In this document: positions 10,921-23,372 of the stretch, piece by piece
Numbering within the stretch: position 1 is the first letter of the stretch
How the letters are laid out: each line of letters starts with the position of its first letter
Assembly: GCA_002269645.1 (NCBI GenBank)
Contig: NIVC01002093.1
Location: forward strand, 124,001 to 188,000
Reading direction: 5' to 3'
DNA: 64,000 nt
Source of the DNA: Macrostomum lignano
Taxonomy: Eukaryota
Notes under the pieces: model-generated
The model's database searches: none
Seen by the model: only the letters and a program-made list of their open reading frames with translations
Told to the model about the DNA's origin: nothing
Translations under genes and position numbers: made by a program

Positions 10921-13805
10921 TCAATTTTCCAATTTTAACAGCCAGTCATGTGCACCAGTCGTGTGCATGTTCACCAGTGTGCATCGACCATACTCAACAA
11001 TGCAGACAGTCATGTTCACCCGCATGCACCGACCATGCTCGCCACTACAAACAGCCATGTTCACTCGAACCGAACCGTCGACCACGAGCCTCGAATAGTC
11101 ACCAGTGACTCGAGCCGTCCCGTTGGAAGTAGGGAAGATATAGCGCATTTCATCGGGCACTTGCACTTTCTTCGAGCGCAGGCGTGACAAACTTTTCGCA
11201 CCATAGAATGAACGATTTACACAATCGTCTCGGTGACAACAGTGTTGCACCACGGCCTCGCGAACCTTGCTTGTGTGGCACCTCGCTTGGTGGTAATCGC
11301 GTTATGACGGTATCCATACTGGAGCCTTTGTTTTTTAACGCGTCTTCGAGGTGATGCCGACACAGATAGATCCACGGCAATACACGATTGCTATGGAATA
11401 TTGCAGTGCCCAAGAATGCCAGCTCGCGACTGATTGGCATTATGAAATCGCGCCATCTTCCTCGCGGAGAATTCGTTTGATTGACCAGCCGTGCAATGTC
11501 GGACCAGGTACCTTCTGTTTGTAAATTTGACCAGGAATGTTTCTCGATCATATTAACCAATTTCAGTAGCCTGTTTCTTACGAGGTCATACTCTTCGACA
11601 GACAGGAACAACTCGGTGTATTTTTGTTGTCGCGCATCATCATTCAGATGGTACCGATTGTCCTGTTGTCGGCTGACTCGTCCGAGTTGCGCCTGTGTGT
11701 ATTATAAGAGAAGCAAAAATTCATCTTTATGTATCATCATTATCATCATTATCGTTCTTATCATCATCAGCATCGTCATCACCACCATCATATGCACAAT
11801 CATAGTTTATAGTTCTAATCTACACATAATATAGATTATAATTTCAAAAATATAATCAAGCAAACAAACAAACAAACAAACAGGTACTTACGTAGACAGC
11901 ATCGATTCGAGGTATTAGAAAAGCAGACACTGTCTTTCGATGGTATAGATTGCTGGGCAACTTCTTTACTCCGCTGGCTATTCCATGTAATAGTCTGGCC
12001 GCGGTAGTGACGTCATCTGCTGCGCCAGTGAATACGCCGTTGGGTGGTTCCGATAACCGGAGTGCCCTAATTACAGTGATGGCACCGAAATCAGACTCAT
12101 TTTCCAATAGAGTCTTGACTGCGGCTAGGATGCACTGTAATTGGCATGCTTTTACTCCGGCGGTACTTGCTTGCCAGACACCGCGGGTTTTCATCTCTGT
12201 CAAATCTGTGGCCACTTGGTGCGGAGCATTTAACCAAGTCTCCAGACTGACGCCCAGCTTATGTTTTAATTTGGCAAGCGTTCCTCGAACCGCAGTGGTC
12301 AGTTGTTTCCGACGATGAACATGCGACTTGTTTTCTTCAATCTTGTTATTGATTTTCCACCAAATATCGACAAGTCGCTTAGTCATGTCCTCGGCGATAG
12401 ACTGTGCTTCACCATAGTCGACCATGGCAAGTGGATCATCAGTCTCGCTCACACTGCTGTCGGAACCACCCGCATTGTCATCCGCTTCGTCCTGGATGTC
12501 GGTGTCGGAACCAACCGCATCAGCGGCTTGGTCGCCGTCAGGTGGCGCTGGTACGACAATGACTCTGCCTTGCTCGGACCCTGCATTGTCATTGTCCTTG
12601 GCACATTGATCGATCGCCTCCAATAAGCTGGCAACAATTTCGTCATCTGTTGTCGCGACGTCGTTACCAACAGCGATCTCTTCTCCTACTTCGTGGTGCC
12701 GTTGTACCGCGCTGGCCAATCTACCGACATCCGGACGCTTGTTGAACTGACCGATGCTCGTCTCGAGACCACGTGTCAGCTGTCTAGACGCCAATTCGAC
12801 GTGACCACGGAGTACACGCGTCACATCGACGATGTCCATGTCGATGGTCTCCATGTCTGGACGCAGCTGTTCTGCAAGCATGTCAAGCTGACAAGCTGTT
12901 TTCTGCAGATCAGTCAGATAGCCTGTTGGTTGTTTAATCGTGAAACAACACCCATTTTTACTCTATAATTAGTACACATCAATAATTGTACAATAATATT
13001 ATGCAATCCTATCTACTGATAGAGAAAAACTGAACGATTAAATATTATTACCTTGAAATTGGCGCACCTTTCGTATCATCGCATCGGTGATGCTGTTGCC
13101 GACTGAATCACTGTTAGACGATTGATGAACACGGTCGTCGCCAGATGGTCTCTGTTTGAATCGATCCGATCCAACTTGGGTGCCATCGTCTGTGATGTAC
13201 AACTCTTCGACAGACTCGACGACACACGGTCTAACATGATCAGGTGCGGTATTGGTCGACCCGGTTGCGAACTTAGCTGCTGATTGGCGTTCGGTGTTCG
13301 ATGCCGGGGTCACCGTTTGAGCGCGGCGTTCACTGTTGACTGTCTTGGTCGCAGTTTGAAAATTGGAATCCCTGCTTGGTCCAACGTCTACACCGTCGAG
13401 TAAACCACTTGTAGACGGACCAGCTGATAAACTGGCAACCGGTAGTTCAGCAGTCTGTTGAGCAATCACATCTGTCGGGCGTGCGTTTGTTGCGTCAGGC
13501 TTTCGCTTGTATGATCGTTTTATATGTCTTTCGATACATCGAACGACCCGATGGCAATGTGGACACATTGTCATGCCATATGTGTCACCATCGCGCTGCA
13601 GCCTTACCGCCTTCCAGACAGCAATCGCCCTAACAAATATTGGCAACTCGGAAGATGGACCATTCTTTTCTTCCACTGTAGCCAAGTCGAAATTGCGGAC
13701 GAATTCTATATGACGTCTTACTAGATGACGCGCCATACTCCGCTAACTAAACAACTGTGCGCAAACAGGACACGCCGCGTTGTCGTTACGGTGATTGTCG
13801 GCCAT
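10921..13805 (-). pseudogene. Three-exon gene: C2H2 zinc fingers, acidic linker, helical C-terminal domain (possibly tyrosine-recombinase-like)
   Basis: ATG at 13805; exons 13805-13052, 12922-11892 and 11692-~11150; both GT-AG introns keep frame (phase 1, phase 0); CPVC..RHLVRRH and CPHC..RHIKRSY; in-frame TAG at 13745-13743; probable frameshift near 11300. The recombinase call is weak. Confidence 0.6.
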
Positions 13806-14064
13806 TATGTAGACTAGTATAATAATATAATATAAATAAATTTCTAAATTTATAGGCTTATAGCAATTAGGTTATGAACAAAGAATATGCAAAAAAGGAA
13901 GAAAGAATTCCGTATAAGGTTTGTCAATTTAAAATAACAGTAAAAACGCGAGATACAAATTCTTATATCTATGGCAAATAGGTCTAGCTGAGACCGATTT
14001 TGTACAGGCCTTGGTGTCTGATCCATGGCGGAAAGAATAGAATGGAGTGCTAATCTGAGCCAGC

Positions 14065-14288
14065 TATTTTTATCTCGCTCAATCTCAACTTTTAACATCC
14101 CTTCCCGCCGTTCTTTCCTATCGACTCGCGACTGCCATAGACAAAGTATTTTCCGTCTCGTTTTCGTTCCCCTCTGAAATGTCTACCCCAGCATAGTATG
14201 AGCTCGCATCAAAATATGCTTTCAGCCAATATGAAGGAACGGGGGCGAAAGGGGTGTTAAAGGCGAAAATCAAGCGAGATAAAAAATA
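14065..14288. repeat. ~55-bp imperfect inverted repeat with a ~114-bp spacer
   Basis: tatttttatctcgct..tttaacatcccttcccgccgttctttcc (14065-14118) vs the reverse complement of 14233-14288. Confidence 0.7.
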
Positions 14289-14294
14289 TCTCAC

Positions 14295-14500
14295 CAGTGT
14301 TTAACCAATGTTAAAGCATACGAAGTCAAACCGCCAGTGTGTTAAAGTATATAGGTCAAAACGCCAGTATTAAAGCGTACGAGGTCAAAACCCCACCACT
14401 AAAGCACGAGGGGGGTGGGGGGGGTTGAAAACATCACTGCTGAAACATTAGTGTTCAAACCAACAGTGTTAAAGTATCTGGGGTCAAAACATCAATGTGT
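14295..14500 (+). repeat. Degenerate ~30-bp tandem repeat (ccagtgttaaagcatacgaggtcaaaac-like)
   Basis: Recurrent gtcaaaac / cagtgttaaag blocks. Confidence 0.65.
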
Positions 14501-14559
14501 TAAAACATAGGAGTAAATCAACCAAGTACACCAATCAATTGCGTCAGCCATGTACAATA

Positions 14560-14960
14560 GCCAAATGCACCGACCAAATGCGCCAGTCAAATGCGCCGAC
14601 CAAATGCGCCAGCCAAATGCGCCGACCAAATGCGCCGACCAAATGCACCGACCAACTACGCCGACCAAATGCACCGACCAAATGCGCCGACCAAATGCGC
14701 CGACCAAATGCGCCAGCCATATGCGCCGACCAAATGCGCCGACCAAATGCACCGACCAACTACGCCGACCAACTGCACCGAGTTCTCATTGGCTTGTCTA
14801 ATATATAGACCAAATACGCCGACCAAATGCACCGACCAAATACGCCGACCAAATGCGCCGACCAAATGCGCCGACCAAATGCGCCGACCAAATGCGCCGA
14901 CCAAATGCGTCAGCCAAATGCGCCGACTGCTGCCAACTGCGCCGACCAAATGCGCCGACG
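14560..14960 (+). repeat. 13-bp-core minisatellite (gccgaccaaatgc)
   Basis: Direct reading. Confidence 0.95.
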
Positions 14961-15305
14961 AGTTCTTGTCTATGGCTTGTATATGTGCATTAGGGAAATC
15001 TGTCACGATAGTGCTGCGTGATAGATGTTCATATATTCTATGGTCTATGGGCTAGGGAAATCCTATTAGGCGAGGGAAATCCGAAATCTAGTGGGCGCAC
15101 TTGGCTGACGCGCTTGGCAGCAATCGGCGCAATTGGCGGATTGAATTTTGTCATTTTGCTGAAACCTAAAAAAAACGGTCAATGTCGAAAATTTAGGCCA
15201 GATAGAGCAAGTACTGCAAGAAGTGACACTCGGCATCGCAACAACTCACTGCTTCAACAGAATTGAGTAGGCAACTTTTTTACGGTTTTGGGCTCTTGAG
15301 CTCAG

Positions 15306-15344
15306 CCAATCAGAGTCGATCTGACCGCCCCCGGCTCGACCAAT
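15306..15344 (+). promoter_or_regulatory. Two CCAAT boxes around a GC box
   Basis: ccaat 15306, ccgccc 15325, ccaat 15340; no linked gene identified. Confidence 0.25.
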
Positions 15345-15971
15345 CAGAAAAGACTGAAGTGCTAATCCTGCTCACAACCTCCAAAGAAACGCTGGAAATC
15401 AATGGATGAATGATTAGACAGAACAGTGTAAATAAAAGCCTTCTAATCCGCATTTCGGTTGTACAAAACGCAGCAGAGTTCCACTACTATGTATTAGAAA
15501 GTAAAATATATAAGTTAGTTTTAAATATAGAAGGTTAGAAGATGCTAATCCAAATATACTAAAATTACTTAATAGTCTGATTTAACACAATGAAACTAAA
15601 ATTTTCAACTTCTGGTAAGACATAACCAAGGGCACCAACACCAAGGAAGTCGATTAATTTACTAGACCTAGATATCTATTTTTTTCTGGCAATGTGCAAA
15701 ATGTCATCCTGATTCATGAGAGCAGAACTATTGATTTAAAGATGCCATGAAGTGGCATTGCTGCTTGCAACAACAATAAAGATTGTGAATTGATAAAACT
15801 TAAAAGCGAACCTGCCTAGTCCGACTTGCGATGAGAGCGATCACTTTTTGAAATATTTCTTATCAATACAATTTATAACAAATATAGATTAAGCAATATA
15901 TATAGTGTGGTAATCAATTTTTATTAGGCAAATCTTGCTATAGAAAGTATTTTACTTTATATATAAAAATA

Positions 15972-16421
15972 TCTTCTTATATCTAAAGCTGAGTGGACCG
16001 GTCGACCGGCCGGGTTTAACGCGTATCTCATCCTAGACGGCTGCCAACTGCGAATGCGGGACTTATATATTTTTTATAAAAGTCTTAGACACCCAACAAT
16101 TTTATTTAGTTAAATAGCTTTATGCAAGACGTTACTATAAGTATAGGAAGTAACGAAAGTAATTGCCGAAATGTTTTCGCGACCTATGTAACGTTCATGT
16201 GACGTGTTAGCAGCGTAAATAATTGCTGTGACAGAAGTCGACTTAATGTAACGTTTCTGTGACGCAACGTTGCACGCTGGGTGGTAACACCAGCTGTACG
16301 TGTATTTAGTCCGATTAAAAACGAGTTTTTCGCGGGTATGGACCCGCTTTTTCAAAAAATACGGGCCGTGCACAAAATCAACCGCACCGCAACGCACCGG
16401 CCTTCGAACGGTAATTTCTAG
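15972..16421 (+). mobile_element. Probable short non-autonomous Helitron
   Basis: A|TC start (tcttcttatatctaaagctg), imperfect GC hairpin then CTAG|T end. Confidence 0.4.
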
Positions 16422-16554
16422 TCACTTCGTCATCTGCCATTTCGTCATCTGGGGTGTCTGGGGTGCTCATCTCGACTAGGGTCACTTCGTCATCTTAATT
16501 AGCATGCACACCTCAAGAGAGTCATTTCGTCATCCGTCGGAAAAAATCAGACGG

Positions 16555-17000
16555 CAGAGCGCTCGGCCCCGACGAAGTCCCGGTCGAAGCGCTGCGGCTC
16601 CGCTATGGCCTCCCAGGCAGGTCACACAGGCGTTACAAACCGCATGCTCGCCGGCGCTCCTGCGCCCACCGAGTGGACCGTCGCGCACATCGTGCCAATC
16701 CCGATCAAGAAGGCAGGGACAACGCGGAAAGAAAACCACCGCGGGAGCTCGCTGATGTCCTGCAACGCGAAGCTCTTCAACCGGCTGCTTCTCGATCGTC
16801 TGCAGTCGGTGCTGGACCCGTAGCTGGTCATTGTCTTCATTGACTTTCGAAGGGCGTACGTTTGACTCGGTGTTGAGAGCCGCTCTCCCCTTTGTCCTTC
16901 GAGCCTACCGGGTGCCCAGCAGCTAATCGACGCTGTCATGGCGCTGTATTGCGACACTCGAGCTGCTGTGGTGACAGCGAACGGCCTGTCCGGCCCTCCG
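16555..17000 (+). mobile_element. Degenerate RTE-like reverse transcriptase fragment
   Basis: GPDEVPVEALR, EWTVAHIVPIP, SCNAKLFNRLLLDRL, VFIDFR; related to 22623-23309. Confidence 0.8.
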
Positions 17001-17134
17001 CAGAGCCAATGCACTGTTGAGTGAAATCTATAAATAGCAATTCTCTATGCAGTTTGCCAGTCAGCCAGGGTCAGAACACAGTAACTGAGCATCTCCCTTT
17101 CATATACTGAAGCTGTCGAATATTTAAATATTTA

Positions 17135-18481
17135 CGAGGTGTATTCAAAAAGTTCTTTTCGGTGCCCTACAAAACTGAACACAAAACAACTGGAACTATG
17201 AAAACACTGTTAGATTGCTTAACATGATTCGGTCACTCAACATATTCACCGCCAATGTCTTTGCACTTCTGCCAGCGATTTACCAGGCCTCTGATTCCGG
17301 AACTCACACCACTCGCGTCCGTTTGGCGAACAGCTTGATTGCATGCAGCCTCAATGTGCTCGACGCTGTCGAATCGAATGCCCCGAAGGTGCTTCTTCAC
17401 AGATGGAAATAAGAAGAAGTCGCACGGCGACAAATCAGGCGAATAGGCTGGATGTTGGAGCACTTCCCATCCCCATTTGCTCAGGAGTTCCACGACGTTG
17501 TGCTTGCGATGTGCTGGCGCATTGTCGTGCAGCAGGATCACGCCAGATTCCAGCAGATCAGGGCGCTTCTTTCGTATTGCTGGGCGCAGCTTCTCCTGCA
17601 GAATCCACTTGTAGTAGTCCCCATTGACGGTGGTTCCTTGTGGGACTGCCCAGTTCAGCAGGATTCCTTGGGAATCAAAAAACATGACGTGCATGATCTT
17701 CATCGCGCCCTGCTTCCTGATGGCCTTCTGAGGTCTTGGAGAATGTGCTGGAAGCCATTCGGCAGACTGGGCCTTTGTCTCAGGATCCCAGCTGTAAACC
17801 CACGTCTCGTCTCCAGCTACAATTCTTGATAGAAAATCCTCCCCTTCTCGATGGAACCGACGCAGGTGGCTGCTTGAAGCCACAGTTCGCTGCATCTTTT
17901 GCTCACCTGTCAGCAGGTGTGGCACCCACTTGCAAAACTTTTTTCTGCAGGTGAAGACGCTCCGTCAGAATGGTGTGGACGCTTCCTACTGACACACCAA
18001 CGTCTTCTGCCAACTCTTCGCAAGTCCGTCGCCGATCATCATCCAGGAGCTCTTGCACTTTCTTCACAACAGTCTCGTTGGTTGCAGTCATCGGCCTTCC
18101 AGAGCGATCATTGTCCTCAACGCTCTCTCTTCCCTCAGCGAACAGCCGGTACCATTTTCGAACTGTCTGCTCAGTTGGTGCACATTTGCCAAGCACTTGC
18201 TGAAGCTCCCTAAACATATCCGGTGGCTTTTTTCCTTGCAGAAACTGAAACTTCATCAAGCTTCGAACGTCTTGCTTTGAAAATGATTCAGCCATGGCCA
18301 AGAAATTGAGTGGTAGCTGATAGAAATGTTCGCTGCTCTAACATAGTTGCAAACTGAGACTTAAAACCCTAGGAACGTTTAGGCCATAGACATAACTTGG
18401 TGAAATCGCTAAAATTCTGTTTACAAGGCTTTTTAAAAATAAATGCCAAAGGACCGAAAAGAACTTTTTGAATACACCTCG
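17135..18481 (-). mobile_element. Full-length mariner (DD34D) transposon, 1347 bp
   Basis: Perfect 29-bp TIRs cgaggtgtattcaaaaagttcttttcggt; TA duplications at 17133-4 and 18482-3. Confidence 0.97.
17233..18301 (-). pseudogene. Mariner transposase with one frameshift near 17940
   Basis: HTH region; WVPHLL after the shift; GDETWVY, LHDNAPAH, YSPDLSPCDFFLF. Confidence 0.95.
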
Positions 18482-18725
18482 TATAGCTCGCAGCAGCAGC
18501 TCAAGAAATTGAAGTTTAGTCTATGGCCATAGACATATTGAGCTCTCACTGCGAGAAAAATACACTAATTAGATACGGAAAATACAGTTTTTCGAATATT
18601 TAATCCCCTTAGCAATGAGCTAGAGCTCATTAAAATAGCCTAAAGCCTGCTCCGGAAAATTTGCAGTTTTCCCATATAAGTTTCAACACTGAGTTGCCAC
18701 TATTCAAGGAGGAGTTGTCGAAATG

Positions 18726-18746
18726 ACACACACACACACACACACA

Positions 18747-18800
<54 letters not shown>
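18726..18800. repeat. (CA)n microsatellite
   Basis: Direct reading. Confidence 0.97.
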
Positions 18801-18808
<8 letters not shown>

Positions 18809-19551
18809 ACACGTGAACTTTAGTATATGCAGATATAAGATAAGAAAGAAGATAGATAGATAGAGAGACAGAGAGATAGCTTTAAAAGCAAGCAAAAATA
18901 CCTTGAAATTAAATTGAATGAACTTACAAATGAACTATCATACGAATATTATACGTACGCACAAAGCAGACACAAACAAAACATTCTTTGTTAATTTGTT
19001 TTTGCACCACTCACAAATCGAATGTGGGTAGTGCATTGAGGTAAGATGAACTTAGTATAGAAGAATAAGGGAATCATACCGCAATGTTTTATGCACGACT
19101 TAGACTTGATTGATCAGTGGCTTAATTTTGTTCTATTAATTCTGCACTACTCAAAAAAGCACTCCAGGATTTGATATTGCACCAAATTTTGTCCCTGGAG
19201 TCTCGGAGGGGCTCCTCTCGTGACCGAGGTGCACTTATCTCCGAGCACTGCCACCTGAAACCTGCCACCTGCAGGCACGGTGGACAGCGGCTATGCTAAT
19301 TTCTCATATATCTCTATTCATCTAATTTTGAGAAACTTTGAAGTTTTTTGTCACAAAACCTAATGGAAATGAGAATGGAACCTACGGAATCTGCCAATTT
19401 TACTATAGAATCTGCGAAGTTGACAACAGAATCTGCCAATTTCACTTGCTCCAACGAACCCCCACCCCAAAAAAGCTTTAAAACGTTTTAACACTTGTTA
19501 ATTATTATTTTATTTGTAATTTTTAACAGAAAATTAAACAAAATTGTTTTC

Positions 19552-19905
19552 CTAAACAAAATAGCCTAATATGGTGCCTAATGGTATGATATGGTGCCAT
19601 ATGGTATTATCTGGTGTTCTTCTCTGTGCTCCTCTTGAACTCGTCGCCGCATCTCTAATGCAGCCCGTCGCGCGTTTTCTGTTTGCGTGCACCGCCTGGC
19701 CTTTTTTGAGCGGTAATGGACCAGGTGGCCTAAGCGCCAGCGACGGCGGCGTTGGCGGCGTTGGTGGCGTCGGCGGCATCTCCGGCACCTGCGGGATAGG
19801 AGTCGGGGGCGTCTGCGGGATAGGGGGAGGCGGGGGCGGGGGCATCTGCGCGGGCATCTGTGGGAGAGCGTGCGGCGGGGGCGGGCGCTGCTGAAGGTCC
19901 AACAA
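19552..19905 (-). CDS. Pro-rich ORF with a basic tail, unknown
   Basis: ORF track; same architecture as 25012-25794. Confidence 0.25.
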   Translation of the reverse strand: MLDLQQRPPPPHALPQMPAQMPPPPPPPIPQTPPTPIPQVPEMPPTPPTPPTPPSLALRPPGPLPLKKGQAVHANRKRATGCIRDAATSSRGAQRRTPDNTIWHHIIPLGTILGYFV

Positions 19906-20760
19906 CTCTTAGGGCCGCTCGCAGTTGGGCTACTGTTAACCGGTCGAGATCAGACATGGCGCCAGATGAAAAATCTTAGAGCTAAAAAAATTGAGCTCAC
20001 GCAGGCAGCCAAAAAATGACAAGTCGCCTGTACTTCACAAATGCACAGTTGCTCGAATGACCTAATCGCATGACCACACTCACCTAGGCTCACTTTACAG
20101 GGCTGCGTCAGCATCTGGGTTCCCCCAACACTAACCGCGTGCACACGACATTGGTGGGAGGGGCGGGAATCCCTCGCCGGATGTACACTCGCTGGAGGCC
20201 CACCCTGCTGGATGTACACTCGCTGGAGGCCCACCCCGCTGGAGGTACACTCGCTGGAGGCCCACCCTGCTGGAGGTACACTCGCTGGACGCCCACCCTG
20301 CCGGATGTACACTTGCTGGAGGCCCACCCCGCTGGAGGTACACCTGGACCCCGCTGGAGGTACACCTGGACCCCGCTGGAGGTACACCCCGGGGGAGGTG
20401 GTACACCCCGAGGGAGCAGCTTGCCGCGTCGGTGCTAGAGGCCGACATCAGCCCGACGGACCTTCGCAAAATGACCCTATCTGCCAGTTTATAGTAGTTT
20501 TGTCAAAGAGAAATTAATTATTATTTTATTTGTTATTGAGTATTTATGGAAATTAGCTCGTATTATAGTTTCAGAAATCAATTTTTTTCTTTAAAAAAAA
20601 GGTTTATTTAATTTTATTTTTAACAGAAAATTTTTTTTTGTCCTCCTGCCGCCTCCTTTCTGCCGCCTCTGCCGCCGCGTCCGCCCGTGGTGCTCGTGAG
20701 TCCTTGTCGTTACTCCTGAAATGTTGGTTTACTAAAAGATTATACATTCTGTAACATAAT
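19906..20760 (-). repeat. Near-identical duplicate of 24096-24875 (gag 5' end and leader)
   Basis: Shared MSDLDRLTVAQLRAALR start, shared leader minisatellite and shared gccgccgcgtccgcccgtggtgctc block. Confidence 0.93.
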
Positions 20761-21074
20761 CAAAATGATCAAAATTTCTTTGGCCGCGGCCATGGCCCCC
20801 TTGCCCCCCCCCCTCTGGATCTGCCCCTGGTGTCAGACAATGTATTTTCGATGGGGAAAAACAAGAAAGGGTTTGCCATAAAAAACTATGAGAAACTGTT
20901 AAGGTGGACGCCGAAAAAGCGGGCAACCTCAATAAACAACCCACCTCAAAGAGCGCTCAATCTTACTCTCCCCAGTTAATGGCTCAGCCAATGACGAACG
21001 AGTTACACACAGATTCTCGCGGGACCCCTCGCGAGATCTCGCGAGAATTGAGCCTTTCCTCGCGAACCCAACTG

Positions 21075-21240
21075 TAGATGGTTTCATGCTCATTCCATGG
21101 ATGGCAGAATAGCCATACATGATCATCGATGTATTACTTTCCATACATGGACATGTATGATTGTTAATTCTTGCTGTATATACTACTCGTTAAGGCACAT
21201 TTGAGTTTTAAAGAAATAACCAAAAGAACTATAGCTCAAA
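21075..21240 (+). repeat. Duplicate of 28127-28315
   Basis: tagatggtttcatgctcattcc...gaactatagctcaaa in both. Confidence 0.9.
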
Positions 21241-21633
21241 CTAGCCATTTAGCCCCCTCCGGGTGGCTTCTTAGCAGTTTAGCGCTTGTCTATAAGCAGT
21301 TTTGCACAGTCGCTGAGCAAATCTCACTAATATTCGAGAAGTTCTGCAGTAGCAAATCTCTAAGCAGTTGTACACCAATTTTACTGAGAGCTAAAAATTT
21401 CTAAAAAGTTACATTTCTTAATGTTTGAAACTTTGCAATGTCAATTCATTTATAGTTCTTTTATGATTATTCGTTATTTTCAAATCCTCACCAGATTAGC
21501 ACTATTCTCCCACATTAGCCATACACCCCCAGATTAGCCCCACTTCCCCCAGATTAGCACTACTCCCCCCATATTAGCCGCACACCCCCAGATTAGCCCC
21601 ACTCTCCCCAGATTAGCACTCAGCCCAGATTAG
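21241..21633 (-). mobile_element. 3' end of a non-autonomous Helitron in minus orientation
   Basis: Reverse complement of ~48595-48990, including the hairpin and CTAG|T. Confidence 0.85.
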
Positions 21634-21965
21634 TGTATGCCTTAGGTATTGCCTACTAGCTCTATGAAAGTATGAAGTTGCTAAGCTGCTAAATTTAATA
21701 AGACTGAATTGGGATAAAACTGCCGATATGTATTAAAAATTGATTAGTGAACTGTATTAAATGCTGAGAGAAAAAAGATTCTTGAAAGGATCCTTTATTT
21801 CAGTTTGCTAAATATACTGAGGAGCCCGCCGAGAGGAGAACTGCAGACTGCTGAGGGGAACTGCAGATTGGCGAAAGGATCATTCATGCAGACTGCAAAG
21901 GGACAAACTGAAAACTGCTTAGGTAGTTCTTTCAGACTTAATTAAGTTCTAGGCTGCTGAGGATA
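21634..21965 (+). mobile_element. Internal Helitron-family fragment
   Basis: Matches ~49760-50165. Confidence 0.75.
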
Positions 21966-23372
21966 GTGGCGCCGCCGCGTCATCAACTGCCGCACCATTA
22001 CGCCGCTGGCTCTGCGGTCCGACCATCGGCTGCTCATCTGCGACCTTCGGCTTCGGGACCCGCTCTACCGTCCGCCAAAGCGGCCACCGCGGCGCTACTA
22101 CCGCGCGCTCAGGGACGCCGAGACGCGACGTCGCTTTGCCGGTGCCTTTGTCACTGCGCTGGGCGACAAGCGTGGAGGAGCCGAGTACGCGGAGGTGAGC
22201 GCTGCAGTTCGAGCCGCTGCGGAGCAAGCAGTCCCGCTGATGCGACCGGCCCAGCGCGGGCAGCCGGTCTGGCAGGACGACCCCGCGATCGACGAAGCGA
22301 GGGAAGATCTGGAGAGGCTCCGTCTGAGTGGGCGGCAAACTCGCGAGGCGGAGGAGGCTCTGGCGGCTGTCTACCTGCAGCGGCAGCAGTCCGCTGTCGA
22401 TGACGCCATCTAAGCCGTCTCTGCCGCAGGGCCCGATGCCAGAGGGCGCGTGGCCTGGTCCGTCATCAACACTCTAACGGGGCGAAAGCGGCGCATCGCG
22501 CTCAACCTGGCAGGCGACACTCCGGATGAGCGCAGGAACAAGCTGCGCGAGTTCTTCGCCGCCATTGTCAACGCGCCGCCCCTCCGCTTCCAGAAAATCT
22601 GAGGCTGCCGCCGGAGACGCCGTTGCCGGCGGAGGAGAGCTTCAACGTTGCCCCAGTCAGCACAGCCGACGTTGTGAAGTTCGCTCGGCAGTCGCCGGGC
22701 GGCAAAGCGCTTGGTCCGGACGAGGTGCCCACCGAGGCGCTGCAAATCCACTGCGTGGCCACTGAGGTTGCCAGAGTGATGAACCGCGTGCTTTCCGGTG
22801 AGGTGGCGCCAAACGAATGGACCACGGCGCACATCGTCGCCATTCCAAAGAAGCCGGGCACCACCAAGCTCGAGGAGCATCGAGGCATCTGCCTACAGTC
22901 CTGCGCCGCGAAGCTGTTCAACCGCATGCTGCTATCGCGGTTACAGCCTGTGCTGGACCCGTACCTGCGGCCTGAGCAGAACGGATTCCGGCCCCATCGC
23001 GGCACGGTGACGCAGATCCTGGCTCTTCGGCGAGTCATCGAGGAGGCGCGCATCCGCCAGTTGACCCTGATCCTGATCTTCGTCGATTTCAGGAAGGCTT
23101 TCGACTCGGTCGTGAGGGACGCGCTCCCAGAGGTGCTCCGTGCGTACAACGTGCCAGAGCTGCTGATTTCTGCTGTCATGGCGCTGTACCACGGCACGAC
23201 GGCGGCTGTCTCAACACCGGACGGCCTATCAGATTTCTTCGAGACATCCTCCGGGGTGCTCCAGGGAGATACGCTAGCGCCGTTCCTATTTATTCTGGTG
23301 CTTGACTAGGTGCTACGGACTGCTCTGCCTTCCAACGACAACGGCTTCCTGCTGCGGCGACGCGTGGGTCGT
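21966..23372 (+). mobile_element. RTE-clade non-LTR retrotransposon fragment (endonuclease end to RT), truncated at both ends
   Basis: SDHRLL; GPDEVP; QNGFRPHRGT; FVDFRKAFDSV; GVLQGDTLAPFLF; stops and frameshifts. Confidence 0.9.

Noticed and set aside
14492-15055. Repetitive ORFs (RRPNAPTKCADQM)
   Set aside because: 13-bp minisatellite with frame-shifting units; no evidence of coding
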